A stretch of 63,529 nt of DNA, the filler included, from Aduncisulcus paluster (taxonomy: Eukaryota): NCBI GenBank assembly GCA_024181965.1. It is 40 parts of 40 records of this genome, joined end to end, with 100 filler letters (N's around TTAATTAATTAA, not from the genome) between each part and the next. Parts side by side here need not be neighbours in the genome. Positions count along the whole stretch, not along the records: positions 34,791 to 37,056 come from BQXS01003715.1; positions 37,157 to 38,178 come from BQXS01003746.1; positions 38,279 to 41,056 come from BQXS01003753.1; positions 41,157 to 42,435 come from BQXS01003775.1; positions 42,536 to 44,148 come from BQXS01003809.1; positions 44,249 to 45,260 come from BQXS01003813.1; positions 45,361 to 46,577 come from BQXS01003822.1; positions 46,678 to 47,763 come from BQXS01003834.1; 32 more parts are not named here. One strand, written 5' to 3'. The position numbers were made by a program, and so were the translations under genes. Every line of letters starts with the position of its first letter. Positions within the stretch are counted from its first letter, which is position 1. The notes beneath the pieces are model-generated. The model was not told where the DNA came from and did not search any database. It saw only the letters and a list, made by a program, of their open reading frames with translations. Below are positions 36,886 to 48,569 of the stretch, piece by piece.

Positions 36886-37056
36886 TTAAGTATTAATAAT
36901 TATTTTCTTTTTTTCTTTTGCTTGAAATAAAGCATCTGAAGATGAAGCAATCATCTCTTCAAGATTGTCTTCAAATGCAATAGTAGCTCCCACTGAAACT
37001 GTTAGCTGTAAGGTTGTATCAACAAGTTGGAAAGTTGATTTTTCAATAACTTCTTG
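36886..37056 (-). CDS. GGDEF-domain protein, C-terminal fragment
   Basis: Manual translation LQLTVSVGATIA...EEMIASSSDALFQAKEK. Confidence 0.65.
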   Translation of the reverse strand, partial: QEVIEKSTFQLVDTTLQLTVSVGATIAFEDNLEEMIASSSDALFQAKEKKKIIINT

Positions 37057-37156
37057 NNNNNNNNNNNNNNNNNNNNNNNNNNNNNNNNNNNNNNNNNNNN
37101 TTAATTAATTAANNNNNNNNNNNNNNNNNNNNNNNNNNNNNNNNNNNNNNNNNNNN

Positions 37157-38178
37157 CAATGTCGAGAAGTCCGGCGCGCGGATCGTAAAGACCCGCGCGG
37201 TGCTGGAGGATGCCCACACCATCCGCCTCGCCACCGGCGAGAAGGTGACAGCAAAGTACATCCTGATCGCCACCGGCGGTGCGCCCAACCATGGCCCGGC
37301 GGTGCCCGGCATCGAGCATGTGATCTCCTCCAACGAGGCGTTTCATCTCAAGGAGCTGCCGAAGCGGATCGTGATCCAGGGCGGCGGTTACATCGCGCTG
37401 GAATTCGCCGGCATCTTCGCCGGCTTCGGCTCCGACGTCACGGTGGTCTACCGCGGCGACAACATCCTGCGCGGCTTCGACGAGGACGTGCGCAAGCATG
37501 TCCGCGCCGAGATGGAGAAGCGCGGCATCACCATCATCACCGGCTGCACGGTGACCAAGGTCGACAAGCACGGCCGTGATTTCACGNNNNNNNNNNNNNN
37601 NNNNNNTCGCCTCCGACCAGGTGATGTTCGCGATCGGCCGCCATCCCAATATCGCAGGTCTCGGGCTCGAAGCTGCCGGCGTCGCCATCAATCCCGCCAA
37701 TGGCGGCATCCAGGTCGACGGCTGGTCGAAGACCTCGGTCGACAACATCTATGCGGTCGGCGACGTCACCCACCGCGCCAACCTGACCCCGGTCGCGATC
37801 CGCGAGGGCCATGCCTTTGCCGACACCGTATTCGGCAAGCGCCCGGTTCAGGTCGATCACGCGACGATCCCGACCGCGGTGTTCTCGCAGCCCGAGGTCG
37901 GCACCGTCGGCCTGACGGAGCAAGAGGCGCGGGCGCAGTTTTCCCACGTCGACATCTACAAGACCGATTTCCGCCCGATCAAGGCGACGATGTCCGGCCG
38001 CGATACCCGCGTGCTGATGAAGCTCGTGGTCGACGGCGCGAGCGACCGCGTGCTCGGCTGCCACATCGTCGGCGATGCCGCCGCCGAGATCACCCAGGCG
38101 GTCGCGATCGCGGTGAAGATGAAGGCGACCAAGGCTGATTTCGACGCCACCATCGCGCTGCATCCGACCGCGTCCGAA
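37157..38178 (+). CDS. gor: Glutathione reductase, internal fragment
   Basis: ILIATGG, GGGYIALEFA, YAVGDVT..NLTPVAI, PTAVFSQP and HPTASE. Confidence 0.95.
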
Positions 38179-38278
38179 NNNNNNNNNNNNNNNNNNNNNN
38201 NNNNNNNNNNNNNNNNNNNNNNTTAATTAATTAANNNNNNNNNNNNNNNNNNNNNNNNNNNNNNNNNNNNNNNNNNNN

Positions 38279-41056
38279 TAGATAGTTTCTGAAGTGGCAT
38301 GGCCACTGCAGCGGAGCTCATAAGATTGACGATTCAAAGCATTGCCATAAGCAAGGGAGCGAGCAAGCACTACCTTGAGTTCCTCTATGCAGCGAGATGA
38401 ATGATGACGTTGAACCAAGGCAAGGAATTCTTGGAATGATTCACCAACAATACCTGTTGAAGAAAATATCATGGGATAAAAGTCGAACGAGTAGCGAGGG
38501 TCAATCTCACTACCAGGAGGAGGGTTAGGCGTGTATTCACTACGCTTATTTGACTCCTTCCTCGCAAGACAGGCATGAATAATTTCTCTTCCAAGCTCGA
38601 CAATACCAGTCACAGAGTTTCCAGTTGCAGCGATCCTCCGTGTGAAGTCCAGGATAATTTTCGTCGAGATAACCTCAGTGATTTGAGTATCAAACACAAG
38701 ATTCCGAGACCAGTCACTTGTGCCAAATGCATGGGCAACAATGTCTGCTCTCTGGGTTCGAGGGTTTAGATGCCGGAGGAAGCGAGTGTCTTCACGAGTT
38801 ATTGGAAGACCCAAGACTTCCTCTAACCAGGCAGCAGATAGCGAACATAATTCGTCGTGCCTACCTATAATGTTTGAGCGAATACTACGACACACCCTAG
38901 AGTGATTGGTGGAAGAAACGAAGTCAAGTTGGGAACCACAGTGTGAACACTTCTCGGTTACACAGATGCCAGGACATAAATATCCATAGCGATCAGCAAG
39001 CATCATCCTAAAGGATGGAGCATTCAAGAGGCGTCCAAAGACAGTTTTGAGGAGAGAGGAAAATATGTTGGAGGGGTCAGAGGCGGCAATAAAGGAAAGA
39101 AGTTGAAGAGATGCTCTGGTACCTTGAGCACGAGTTCTGAGAAGGTCGGCTGTGTCCTGATCAATATGTTCAGGGTCAATGAGCATATCAGCCTCGTGAG
39201 CAGTAATTATAATTATCGTGTTCCTCAAAGATAGAACAAGAGAGTTGAAGGAAGCTTCGTGAAGCTGATGTTTGTATTTTTTGACACCAGGTTTAGTAAA
39301 TACAGAACTCAGAGGATTTTCAAAGGTCGGGCAAAGGGTATAACCAGTTGTGTCATCAGCCTCTTGTTCCTCAGCCCACTCGAGAAAATCAAGAATATCT
39401 TCTTCAGCAGGAGATAAGTGAGTGGCAGAGTCCACGGGTCCAGGAGAGGTTTGATTGACCCGGGGTGCGGAGGACTGAGGAGGAGGTTGAGAGGAGACAG
39501 GTATACCTGGATCATCCACTGGGGAGTCACCAAGAGGAGAGGGAGCATCAGGGTTGATCTCAGACTGAGAAGTCAGACATGAATCCGCCCAATGACGAAG
39601 CTGGAATTTAATCCAACTTCGATGTTCGGGAGATGAGACTATGAATCCACTACCAGATGAAACAAGAGTGTCACCAGCTTGAAGAAGGGTATTGCTTGTG
39701 TACTTTGTCATCCACAGTGTTCAGGGGCTCCTTTTCACGAGTCAAGAGGTATCCAAGGAAGTAGAGAGAATCTACTCGAGTAATCGGAGTGTCATCAATC
39801 ATAGGAGTGGAATCGTCTTCACGATTCGAGAAGAAGAGGCACTTGGAGGGTTTGACATCGAAGAGGCGAGCACGCAGACGAGAACGAACGAAGTCGAGAA
39901 TTTCAGTAATGTTATCAGATTGAGTCATGAGTGTCATGTCATCAGCATAGAAGACTACAGGAGGGAGAGTGAGAGAGTGACCATCAATTTCAACAGATAT
40001 GGAGTCGAAGTTACAACAAACTTCCTGAATAATATCATCCACAGACACGTTATATAGTTTCATAGAGAGACAGTCTCCTTGAGGTGCACCACGAGGGGAT
40101 ACAATGCGAGTGAGAGATCCGTCCTTATTAACCACGTAACGAGGCTGATTGGAGAGAAAGAAGGAGATATAGTTCTGGAGAGTCGAGTTGACATTTTTAC
40201 GACGAAGGCTCTCCATAATAATAATAAAGTTTTTTGAGAGAGTGTTGAAGGCATTGGATGAGTCAATTTGTAGAATTCGAATTGGTTTTTGTGTTTGATC
40301 ACATAGAGCGATACATAATAAAACATGATAGGCAGCTTTGAGGGCGCCATCTGGAACACCATCACCACATTGACAGGGGTGGCAAGGTGCACCAATTTTG
40401 GCTAGAATAGCACGATGGAGAATCCTGAGAGGAATTTCAGCCATAGCAATTGTCCTGTAACTTTGAGTCGAAAACATGTTCGTTGAGCGAGGTTTACGCA
40501 GGGCAAAGACCTTACTCGAGAGGAAATTGGGGAGGACAGAGGGATTGGATACAAAGTACGTAGACATAAAGGCAAAAGTCTCTGTAGAAGCTTTATCCAT
40601 AAGGACAGAGCGCCAGACATCGGAAGGGATACCCGACAGACCACCATACGATAAAGAGGCTTGCTTTTTTGCTGATTTGATGATGTCAGAGGCAGTAATA
40701 ATGAGGGGGGGAGTATCACTTGGGATGTGTTCAAAGGGGGCAACTCCAGAAGGAAGATCTGGATGTTGTACGCCAATGGCTGCCGAGGCAGTGTTTGCAT
40801 CCACAGGGAGAGATTTCTGCAGAGCAATTTGGACACCCTTTGCAATACGTCCATGTTCAATAAACTTTTCACTCTTACGGTATTTACCATTCCCTTTTCC
40901 TTTTCTGCCACGCTTCCTTTTACGACCTACTAAGTAGCACTGAGTACATGTTAGAAGGCGTTCAAGACCCTTGTTGATTTCACTATGACCATGAGTACGA
41001 ATCCTACGATCAATGTCAGCAAAAGTGGAGATAAGGGTTGAGATGGATCCAGAGCG
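38279..41056 (-). mobile_element. CRE/SLACS-like non-LTR retrotransposon with RT, CCHC and restriction-like endonuclease; one frameshift; both ends missing
   Basis: Frame 1 is open from 41056 to 39671: GRIAKGV...QHP, YRTIA, QIDSSNAFN, GAPQGDCLS, YADD, KC, YFLG. Frame 2 (39711-38279): CSHC-x11-H-x3-C, RHD, RAD, FD, KESNKRSEY, FYPMIFSSTGIVG. Confidence 0.9.
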
Positions 41057-41156
41057 NNNNNNNNNNNNNNNNNNNNNNNNNNNNNNNNNNNNNNNNNNNN
41101 TTAATTAATTAANNNNNNNNNNNNNNNNNNNNNNNNNNNNNNNNNNNNNNNNNNNN

Positions 41157-42386
41157 ATCTCTTCTAAGAGTTCTAAAATAGCACGACTTGAGGTTGATTT
41201 ACCTGTACCTGCATATCCTATGAGTAAAATTGTATTTTCTCCACCGTTGATAAGTTCGACTGCTTTTTGTTGTTCACTACTTAATATAAATCCTAAAGTT
41301 TCCTCTTTTTTCTTAATATAGCTTTCAAAGTTTTCAATAATTTTTTTGTTGTGATTGTGAATTTTTCTATCTTTAAAAAACTCTAAAATTTTCGTTTCAC
41401 AATTATAGTAAATACTAGGTGCATATTTATTAGTAATAGTTTCATGAATCTCATCTTTTGAAAGTAGGGCAATGACTGCTTCTTCATAAAGTGTATCTTT
41501 ATCTTTGAAATTTAAAGCATCATCAAGCAATGTAAAGAGCTGATCTTTTGANNNNNNNNNNNNNNNNNNNNNNNNNNNNNNNNNNNNNNNNNNNNNNNNN
41601 NNNNNNNNNNNNNNNNNNNNNNNNNNNNNNNNNNNNNNNNNNNNNNNNNNNNNNNNNNNNNNNNNNNNNNNNNNNNNNNNNNNNNNNNNNNNNNNNNNNG
41701 TTTGATTCACAAAATTCTCTTAAGGTATAGTTCATACAAGCAGATATTCGAAAATTGCTAAGCTTATCAATACCAAGTTTTGTTCCTATTTGATCAGCTC
41801 TTTTAAACCCAATACCTTGAATTGAGGTAAGTAAATATGGATTTTCTTTGATTCTTTCGATAAGATTTTCAACCTCTCCAAATGTTTGGTAAATTTTATT
41901 GATAAGATTACTTGTCACTCCAAATTGAGCTAAAAAACTTCCTAGTTCGCGAAGGTGTTTAAATTTATTCCATGAAGTTACTATTTGTGTAAGTTTTTTC
42001 TCTTTAATCCCTTTAAATTCTAAAAGCTTTGCAGGGGTGTTATCCAAAATCTCACAAAGTTCATCTTCTGTGTATTTCTTAGTAAGTTCATGTGCAAGTT
42101 TTTTTGTGATACCTTTTACAATTTTGGTTAAAAAGAAAAATATCTCAGCTTCTTTGAGTTCCATTGAGGTAAAAACAAATTGAACACCATATTTTTTATG
42201 AGTATTCCAAACTCCAGTGATGATAACTTCTTCCCCTACAAGTTTATGTAAATCTGTGTCGAAGTATTGACCACAAATTTTTTGGTCATTTTCTAATACA
42301 GCTATGTAGTAATGGTTTTCTTCATTATAAAATAGTATTTTTTTTAATGTGCCAGAGAGTTTAAAGGATTCATTTGTTTGGGTCAT
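41157..42386 (-). CDS. recD2: RecD2-like SF1B helicase, 3' partial
   Basis: HKKYGVQF, HhH repeats (KGIKEKK, NPYLL...GIGFKRAD), LSSEQQKA and GYAGTGKST. Confidence 0.9.
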
Positions 42387-42535
42387 TTGTGTTCTTTGTA
42401 TTTGAATGATGCGATTATATCATAAATTGAATTTANNNNNNNNNNNNNNNNNNNNNNNNNNNNNNNNNNNNNNNNNNNNTTAATTAATTAANNNNNNNNN
42501 NNNNNNNNNNNNNNNNNNNNNNNNNNNNNNNNNNN

Positions 42536-43923
42536 CAATATTTGATTCAATATTTGAACCCATTTGATTTAAAAGTTTTGTAAGCTCTTGTAGGGCAGGA
42601 TTCGTACTATTTGTTTGAATACGCTGGGATAAGTCACCTTGTTCAAATTCAGATAAAATTTGAATTGTGTCATCAATAACTTTTCTATCTTCTTCTATTC
42701 CTTTTTTTGCTTTAATAATATTTTCATTTACAATTCTTGCCATTAACCCAATCTCATCGAAACTATCAGTGTCTAATGGTTTAACATCGGTTGCTTCTCT
42801 ATTGATATATTGAAAGAAACCTACAAGACCATCTTGAAAGTGTAAAAGTCTATTAACTATCATTCTATTGATGATATAAATGGAACTTGCAACAATAATA
42901 AATAGTAATATAAGTGTTATGATAAGAATAGAATTTCTTGTTTCATTTGGAGCTGCTAAAACTTCTGCTTCATCAATTTCTGATATGATTACCCAATTTA
43001 TATCATTTCCTATTTTAAGTGGTTTATAAGATGATAATACAGGATTATNNNNNNNNNNNNNNNNNNNNNNNNNNNNNNNNNNNNNNNNNNNNNNNNNNNN
43101 NNNNNNNNNNNNNNNNNNNNNNNNNNNNNNNNNNNNNNNNNNNNNNNNNNNNNNNNNNNNNNNNNNNNNTTGTGTATCTGATTTTCCATTTAATCCATCT
43201 GTTACTGCTAATGTGTTGATAACATTTTTATTTGCAAATGAATTTTTTAAACTATGTTCTTCTGGGGCAAGATAACTATCACTTCTCATAAGTCGATCAC
43301 TTCCTATTAAGTAATCTTCTTGAGTTTCTCCATATCCTTTTCTAAATTGCATAATTTTGTTAATACTCTTATCAGAGATTTGAAAAACTAATACAGAGGA
43401 AAACTTATTTTTTATATAAACAGGTATTCCAAGAAACATAGCTGGTGCATTCGCACTTGGTGCATAAGGTTTCATATCAACAAAAACAACTTTTTTTTGT
43501 TTTTTTGTTTGTTTCCAAACTTCACTTAATCCTGAGTGCTTTNNNNNNNNNNNNNNNNNNNNNNNNNNNNNNNNNNNNNNNNNNNNNNNNNNNNNNNNNN
43601 NNNNNNNNNNNNNNNNNNNNNNNNNNNNNNNNNNNNNNNNNNNNNNNNNNNNNNNNNNNNNNNNNNNNNNNNNNNNNNNNNNNNNNNNNNNNNNNNNNNN
43701 NNNNNNNNNNNNNNNNNNNNNNNNNNNNNNNNNNNNCTGCAAAAAAGTTTTGCATCTGTTCCGCTTTACTGTCCCTAGCAGATGTAAGTCCTGCATAACT
43801 TTTTGATACTAATGATTCTTTAGCTTGCTGAACTGCAATAGTTCCTAATATTCCAGATAACAATAAGAGTCCAAGTATTGTAATGGAAACAATTTTTGTT
43901 TTGATGGTCATTGTTTTAAACAT
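42536..43923 (-). CDS. Transmembrane methyl-accepting chemotaxis protein with Cache domain, 3' partial
   Basis: Two TM helices, YAPS...PAMF, GETQEDYLIGSDRLMRSDS, WVIISEIDEAE and HAMP DEIG. Confidence 0.88.
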
Positions 43924-44248
43924 TTTTTTCCTTTTTTAGACTTAAAATAAATTAAAATATATTAGCATAGAAAAGAAAAATTGTTTATTAAATTTACAAA
44001 AAAAAGAGATAGTTTATCGATAAAAAGTTATTTCTGTATAAATATATACAGTTATGTTAAGTGAATATCTATTTGAAAGTGTTAATTGGCGACTCCAGCA
44101 GTCAACATTAATAGTCTATAAATACCTTAACTAAAGTATTTATAGGATNNNNNNNNNNNNNNNNNNNNNNNNNNNNNNNNNNNNNNNNNNNNTTAATTAA
44201 TTAANNNNNNNNNNNNNNNNNNNNNNNNNNNNNNNNNNNNNNNNNNNN

Positions 44249-44502
44249 GGTAGAAATCAAACGGCATAACACATCCGAGGACATGAAACGCACATTCAAC
44301 CCCCCAAGGCACAACCAACCCGAAACACGGATATCTCCAGCATGATTTCCGGCTTAGAGGCGTTCAGCCGTACTTCAAATCAAGATTCACACGCTGCATC
44401 GCGGCACTGTTTGATCAAACAACCGCTTACACAGGAGGTGTGGCGCACCTGTTCCTCTCGTACTAAAGTGCACTACTGTGTCCGTATTTTGCATCAGTAG
44501 GA

Positions 44503-44550
<48 letters not shown>

Positions 44551-44652
44551 TAAATGGGTGAACAATCCAACGCTTGCAGTATTGTGCTACTGCGGGATAG
44601 GAAGAGCCGACATCGAAGAATCAAAAGGCAACGTCGCTATGAACGCTTGGCT

Positions 44653-44690
<38 letters not shown>

Positions 44691-45260
44691 TCTCAAGCTT
44701 AGAAAACCTTTAATCAAAGTCGCTTGGGGTTCGATAGGCCACGCTTTCACGGCTGTGATGATTACTGGGCACCACAGTCAAGCGAGCTTTTACCCTTTTG
44801 CTCTACACGAAGTTTCTGTCTCCGCTGAGCTCGCCTTTGGACAACTACGCTGCCATTTCGTAGTTGTGCCGCCCCAGCCAAACTTCCCACCTGAACATGT
44901 CCTCAGTATAGCTCGGTACAGACAAGCTGTACCTTCGTTCATGAGATAAGAGTCATACCTGACGGCACAACCCTGCTAGATCACTGAGTGAGCAGATTGA
45001 TACTAAGAGTGGAAGTGTTTCATCGATGCCAAGTGGATGAGGCCTGCTACCATCAGAAGAGATAGCTTAGACACTCAACGCTCCTTCCTACTCTACATCT
45101 CCTAGATCAATCTACAAGTTCAGGCTAAAGGCAAGCTCAAAAGGGTCTTCTTGCCCCGCTGATTTTGCCTAGCCCGTTCCCTAGGCTGTAGGTTCACCAA
45201 GATGCATGTGGGGACAGTGAGAACCTCGTTGTTCCATTCATGCGCGTCACAAATTAACAC
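44249..45260 (-). rRNA. Eukaryotic 28S rRNA, 3' part (peptidyl-transferase centre and sarcin-ricin loop)
   Basis: Reverse complement contains GTGACGCGCATGAATGG, AGTTACCACAGGGATAACTGG, GAGCTGGGTTTAGACCGTCGTGAGACAGG and AGTACGAGAGGAAC. Confidence 0.97.
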
Positions 45261-45360
45261 NNNNNNNNNNNNNNNNNNNNNNNNNNNNNNNNNNNNNNNN
45301 NNNNTTAATTAATTAANNNNNNNNNNNNNNNNNNNNNNNNNNNNNNNNNNNNNNNNNNNN

Positions 45361-45585
45361 TATATGGTTAAAGAAACAACAAGATCAACTTGTGAATCAA
45401 GTACGACTTTGTCAATTGTTCGATAATATGGATTAAAATTAGTAAATTTTGATTTATAATACACTTAAATTAATAATTTAGCTCTGATACATACATTCTT
45501 CTTCCATTATTTCCGTCCATATCCTATTGTTGGATCTGATTGGATATTGTAATATATTTATTACATCCCTTGCCATAAGATACAT
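45361..45585 (-). CDS. Putative eukaryotic gene, 5' part, with a 31-nt intron (45464-45494)
   Basis: MYLMARDV...MEEE joins in frame to LYYKSKFTNFNPYYRTIDKVVLDSQVDLVVSLTI after removing GTATGT...GCTAA...TTAAG. The unspliced frame hits TAA. Confidence 0.5.
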
Positions 45586-45860
45586 TTTTATTTTTATTTC
45601 ATCATTTTATCTCATTTTTATTTCGTATTAATGATGTCGTTTGGAGGTTCCATTCAATAGTCCATTCATTGGCTCCGACAATTTTAACCGAAGTCGCTCG
45701 AAAACCAAAATCAGAAAATGATGTTCAATTGCCGTGTTTTCGAGAAATAATTATCACTTATAACACAGCTCATATTTATTATCATTCCATAAACCGACTC
45801 CTTTCAACCATTATTTGGATACTATCCATTTCATTTTGAAAGTGATCGGATTTCCCGAAA

Positions 45861-46091
45861 ATGGGTGGTGATAATGAAAAATTGAAACAGGTAATTAGAT
45901 CTTTAGTTGCCAATGAAATCCTAAAACAGGATAAAGATTGCCATATTCAATTTGTTCCTGAGCAAACTGTCGAGTTTCTTGCAAAGGTATTAGAGGATCA
46001 TATGGATAGTAGAATAGAAAAATTGTGCGATTTCCCATCATCTAAAGATGAAACTATCTTGTCTTCATCATCAGAAGATGATACCAAGTAA
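45861..46091 (+). CDS. Small hypothetical eukaryotic ORF or exon
   Basis: 76-aa helical-looking ORF, richer in GC than its flanks. No family recognised. Confidence 0.4.
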   Translation: MGGDNEKLKQVIRSLVANEILKQDKDCHIQFVPEQTVEFLAKVLEDHMDSRIEKLCDFPSSKDETILSSSSEDDTK

Positions 46092-46276
46092 TTTCAATTT
46101 CTCTTTGATATCATGGTATAATATAATTTTTTATTTTCTCATCGCTTTTTAAATGAGAAATATATACCAATTCTTTAATTTAAATTTGCCTTTTCAAATT
46201 TGTTTGTGTCCTATCCTAAATTCACTGGTTTGACAAGATCTTATTATTTTATTTCAATTTCACTTATATTTATTTA

Positions 46277-46549
46277 TTGATGTCTACACACGAATTAAAA
46301 TCTCTCATTGGAAGTATTATTCATCTCAAAAAGAATCCCGAGATTTTTTCATTTGCCACAGACCTTAATACACAGCGCAAAAAGCATAAAGAAATGGATG
46401 ACGCAGAATTTCTTAAATTTATATTGGAAAAAAGTATTTTAGAAGTTCAAGTTAAAATCGATAAAGCCTCTCAAGATGTCGAACGACTTGAAGATGCCCG
46501 TTTAGATCTTGCGATTAAAATACCCCCAACAGATATGCTGAAAGAATGA
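46277..46549 (+). CDS. Small hypothetical coiled-coil ORF or exon
   Basis: 90-aa ORF in AT-rich context. No family recognised. Confidence 0.4.
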   Translation: MMSTHELKSLIGSIIHLKKNPEIFSFATDLNTQRKKHKEMDDAEFLKFILEKSILEVQVKIDKASQDVERLEDARLDLAIKIPPTDMLKE

Positions 46550-46677
46550 AAATTAATCATATCTATTTCAAAAATTCNNNNNNNNNNNNNNNNNNNNNNN
46601 NNNNNNNNNNNNNNNNNNNNNTTAATTAATTAANNNNNNNNNNNNNNNNNNNNNNNNNNNNNNNNNNNNNNNNNNNN

Positions 46678-47763
46678 ATGTAATCCAAGTGATGTCAGCC
46701 AATTTCGACTCTCAGTCTACAAATGTTCATCTTGCCAACAAAAAAATGATTGATTCCAATCAAGCAGCAAGACATCTATCACGCCACCCTAGTCATCGTC
46801 TCCTTAAAAGAACTCAGCCACTACGAATCAGAGATGCTCGACTTGCATCTGCTGGGGCAGCAAACATCATCTCCAAACTCAACTTCTCTAGACAATCCAC
46901 GAGTCCTGCCCCAGCTGGAGGAAGAAGAAGACACTCTCCTTTTACTGATGAGTCCATTCATATCACCCATAGAGCTCGAGCTCCTCCAAGGCACCAACAT
47001 GACACCAGTCCATTGATGCCCATTGCTCCCCCGAGTGTAACAGCCCCTCAGAATGGAAACCTTTCAAGAGTTCCAGTTGATCTACTACCTGAACTCATAA
47101 GAGACCCTCCTGCAGCTAACCATATCCCTGCAGGTCCTCTGTTACCTCTGGCCTCTGCAGAACTCCCCCTCCCAGTCTCTCAACCACAACCAGAACCGGT
47201 CATACCTCCCCCTAACTCTTCCGAAACTACACAGAGACCTGCCTCAACAACGACAGACTCACCGCAAGAGCTCGTTTCCTCGAAAATCCCGAACAGGCCT
47301 GAACATGATAGGCATGGCGATGGATATCTCAACAAAGTCATCCTCGAAGCCACTAATCAGCAATCTCTCGATGCCGCCTACAGAGCAGTATCACAAGCAG
47401 CTCGAGCCAGAACAGCATCCAAGCGCCCTCCTCGTCAAACTAAGACCAGTTCAACTGTCCCTCGACGGATCACTATGATCTCACAGATCCATATGGAAGA
47501 CCTCCAAGAAAATCTATGGTAGATGATCCAACCCAGTGTTGAACACAAGAATATTCCTGCTATTAATGCTCTGCTACGGAAATATCATGCACTTGAGGCG
47601 AAAAAGCACAGTCGAGCATCTGATGCATGGAAAATCACTAAATTCTTGGATGACCCAAAAAATTTTTGAAGTTCCTTAGATTCAAAAACAGATAATATAA
47701 TATCTGAACAGATGATAAGAAAAATCAAAATAGCATAGAAAATTCCTGACCTAAAAATCAAAG
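46678..47763 (+). mobile_element. Degenerate N-terminal region of an R2/NeSL-like non-LTR retrotransposon
   Basis: A C2H2 finger is restored by a 1-nt correction at about 46736. A Pro/Ser-rich linker follows, then KFLDDPKNF in the same frame, with in-frame stops at 47520, 47667 and 47736. Confidence 0.6.
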
Positions 47764-48074
47764 NNNNNNNNNNNNNNNNNNNNNNNNNNNNNNNNNNNNN
47801 NNNNNNNTTAATTAATTAANNNNNNNNNNNNNNNNNNNNNNNNNNNNNNNNNNNNNNNNNNNNTTCGATTTCACTTTTGCATGTATCAAATTTTACAGAG
47901 ATCTCTGTATTACAGAGACTATACTTGAAGATAGTCGAACAATTCTGTACAACAGCTTAAATAAATTAATAACCTGGAAATTTTTATGAGGAAAATGGAT
48001 CATAAGGGGGGGGTTGAAGTAAGAAAAGATAATAACCCATTTTAGAAAATGGGGTATCAACCAGGACTATTTTT

Positions 48075-48569
48075 TCAGGTGAACTTAATACTCTTATAGT
48101 CAATAACTTGTTTTGGTTTCCGAAAATTCAGTATTTTCAGTCCAACAATTGACAGCCAGTCATCTATTCCACAACCAACACTCAATCGTTTTGTAAAGGG
48201 ATCTTTATCTTTATCAAAGGCGAAGATATGCCGGATGTTTTCAATTTCAGGGCGAGTTGCCCTTCCAAAGCCTGATCTAGCCGCAAAATGGGGTTCTTCT
48301 ATGGAAGAAATCCTACACTGCGGAAATAGGATGGAATATGCTTGTTCATCGATTATAGGGCAGATATCAAAATCGAGATTCCCATCTGAATCATGCTTGA
48401 ACTTGAAGTGCAAAATTCTACCCACAAATCCATCAGTTGTTCTTGCGAGTTTCCCACCAAATTTTATCTGGTCTAAATTGCCATGATAAGATTTTATATC
48501 TGGAATATTAATATCCATCGTTAGAAAAGACAAAAATATCCTTGGTTGATCCAAAATGGTGGATTTCAT
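48075..48569 (-). CDS. Hypothetical eukaryotic ORF
   Basis: 164-aa open frame in AT-rich DNA. No family recognised. Confidence 0.45.
   Translation of the reverse strand: MKSTILDQPRIFLSFLTMDINIPDIKSYHGNLDQIKFGGKLARTTDGFVGRILHFKFKHDSDGNLDFDICPIIDEQAYSILFPQCRISSIEEPHFAARSGFGRATRPEIENIRHIFAFDKDKDPFTKRLSVGCGIDDWLSIVGLKILNFRKPKQVIDYKSIKFT

Noticed and set aside
39671-41056. RT as a bacterial retron, DGR, group II intron or defence-associated RT
   Set aside because: It has a C-terminal CCHC plus RLE and non-LTR motifs, and no msr/msd, template/variable repeat or bacterial genes on the scaffold.
47520-47738. In-frame stops as evidence of a reassigned genetic code (TAR = Gln)
   Set aside because: The stops include both TAG and TGA alongside a frameshift, and the >600-codon ORF at 54703-56570 has no internal TAA/TAG. 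Decay is simpler.
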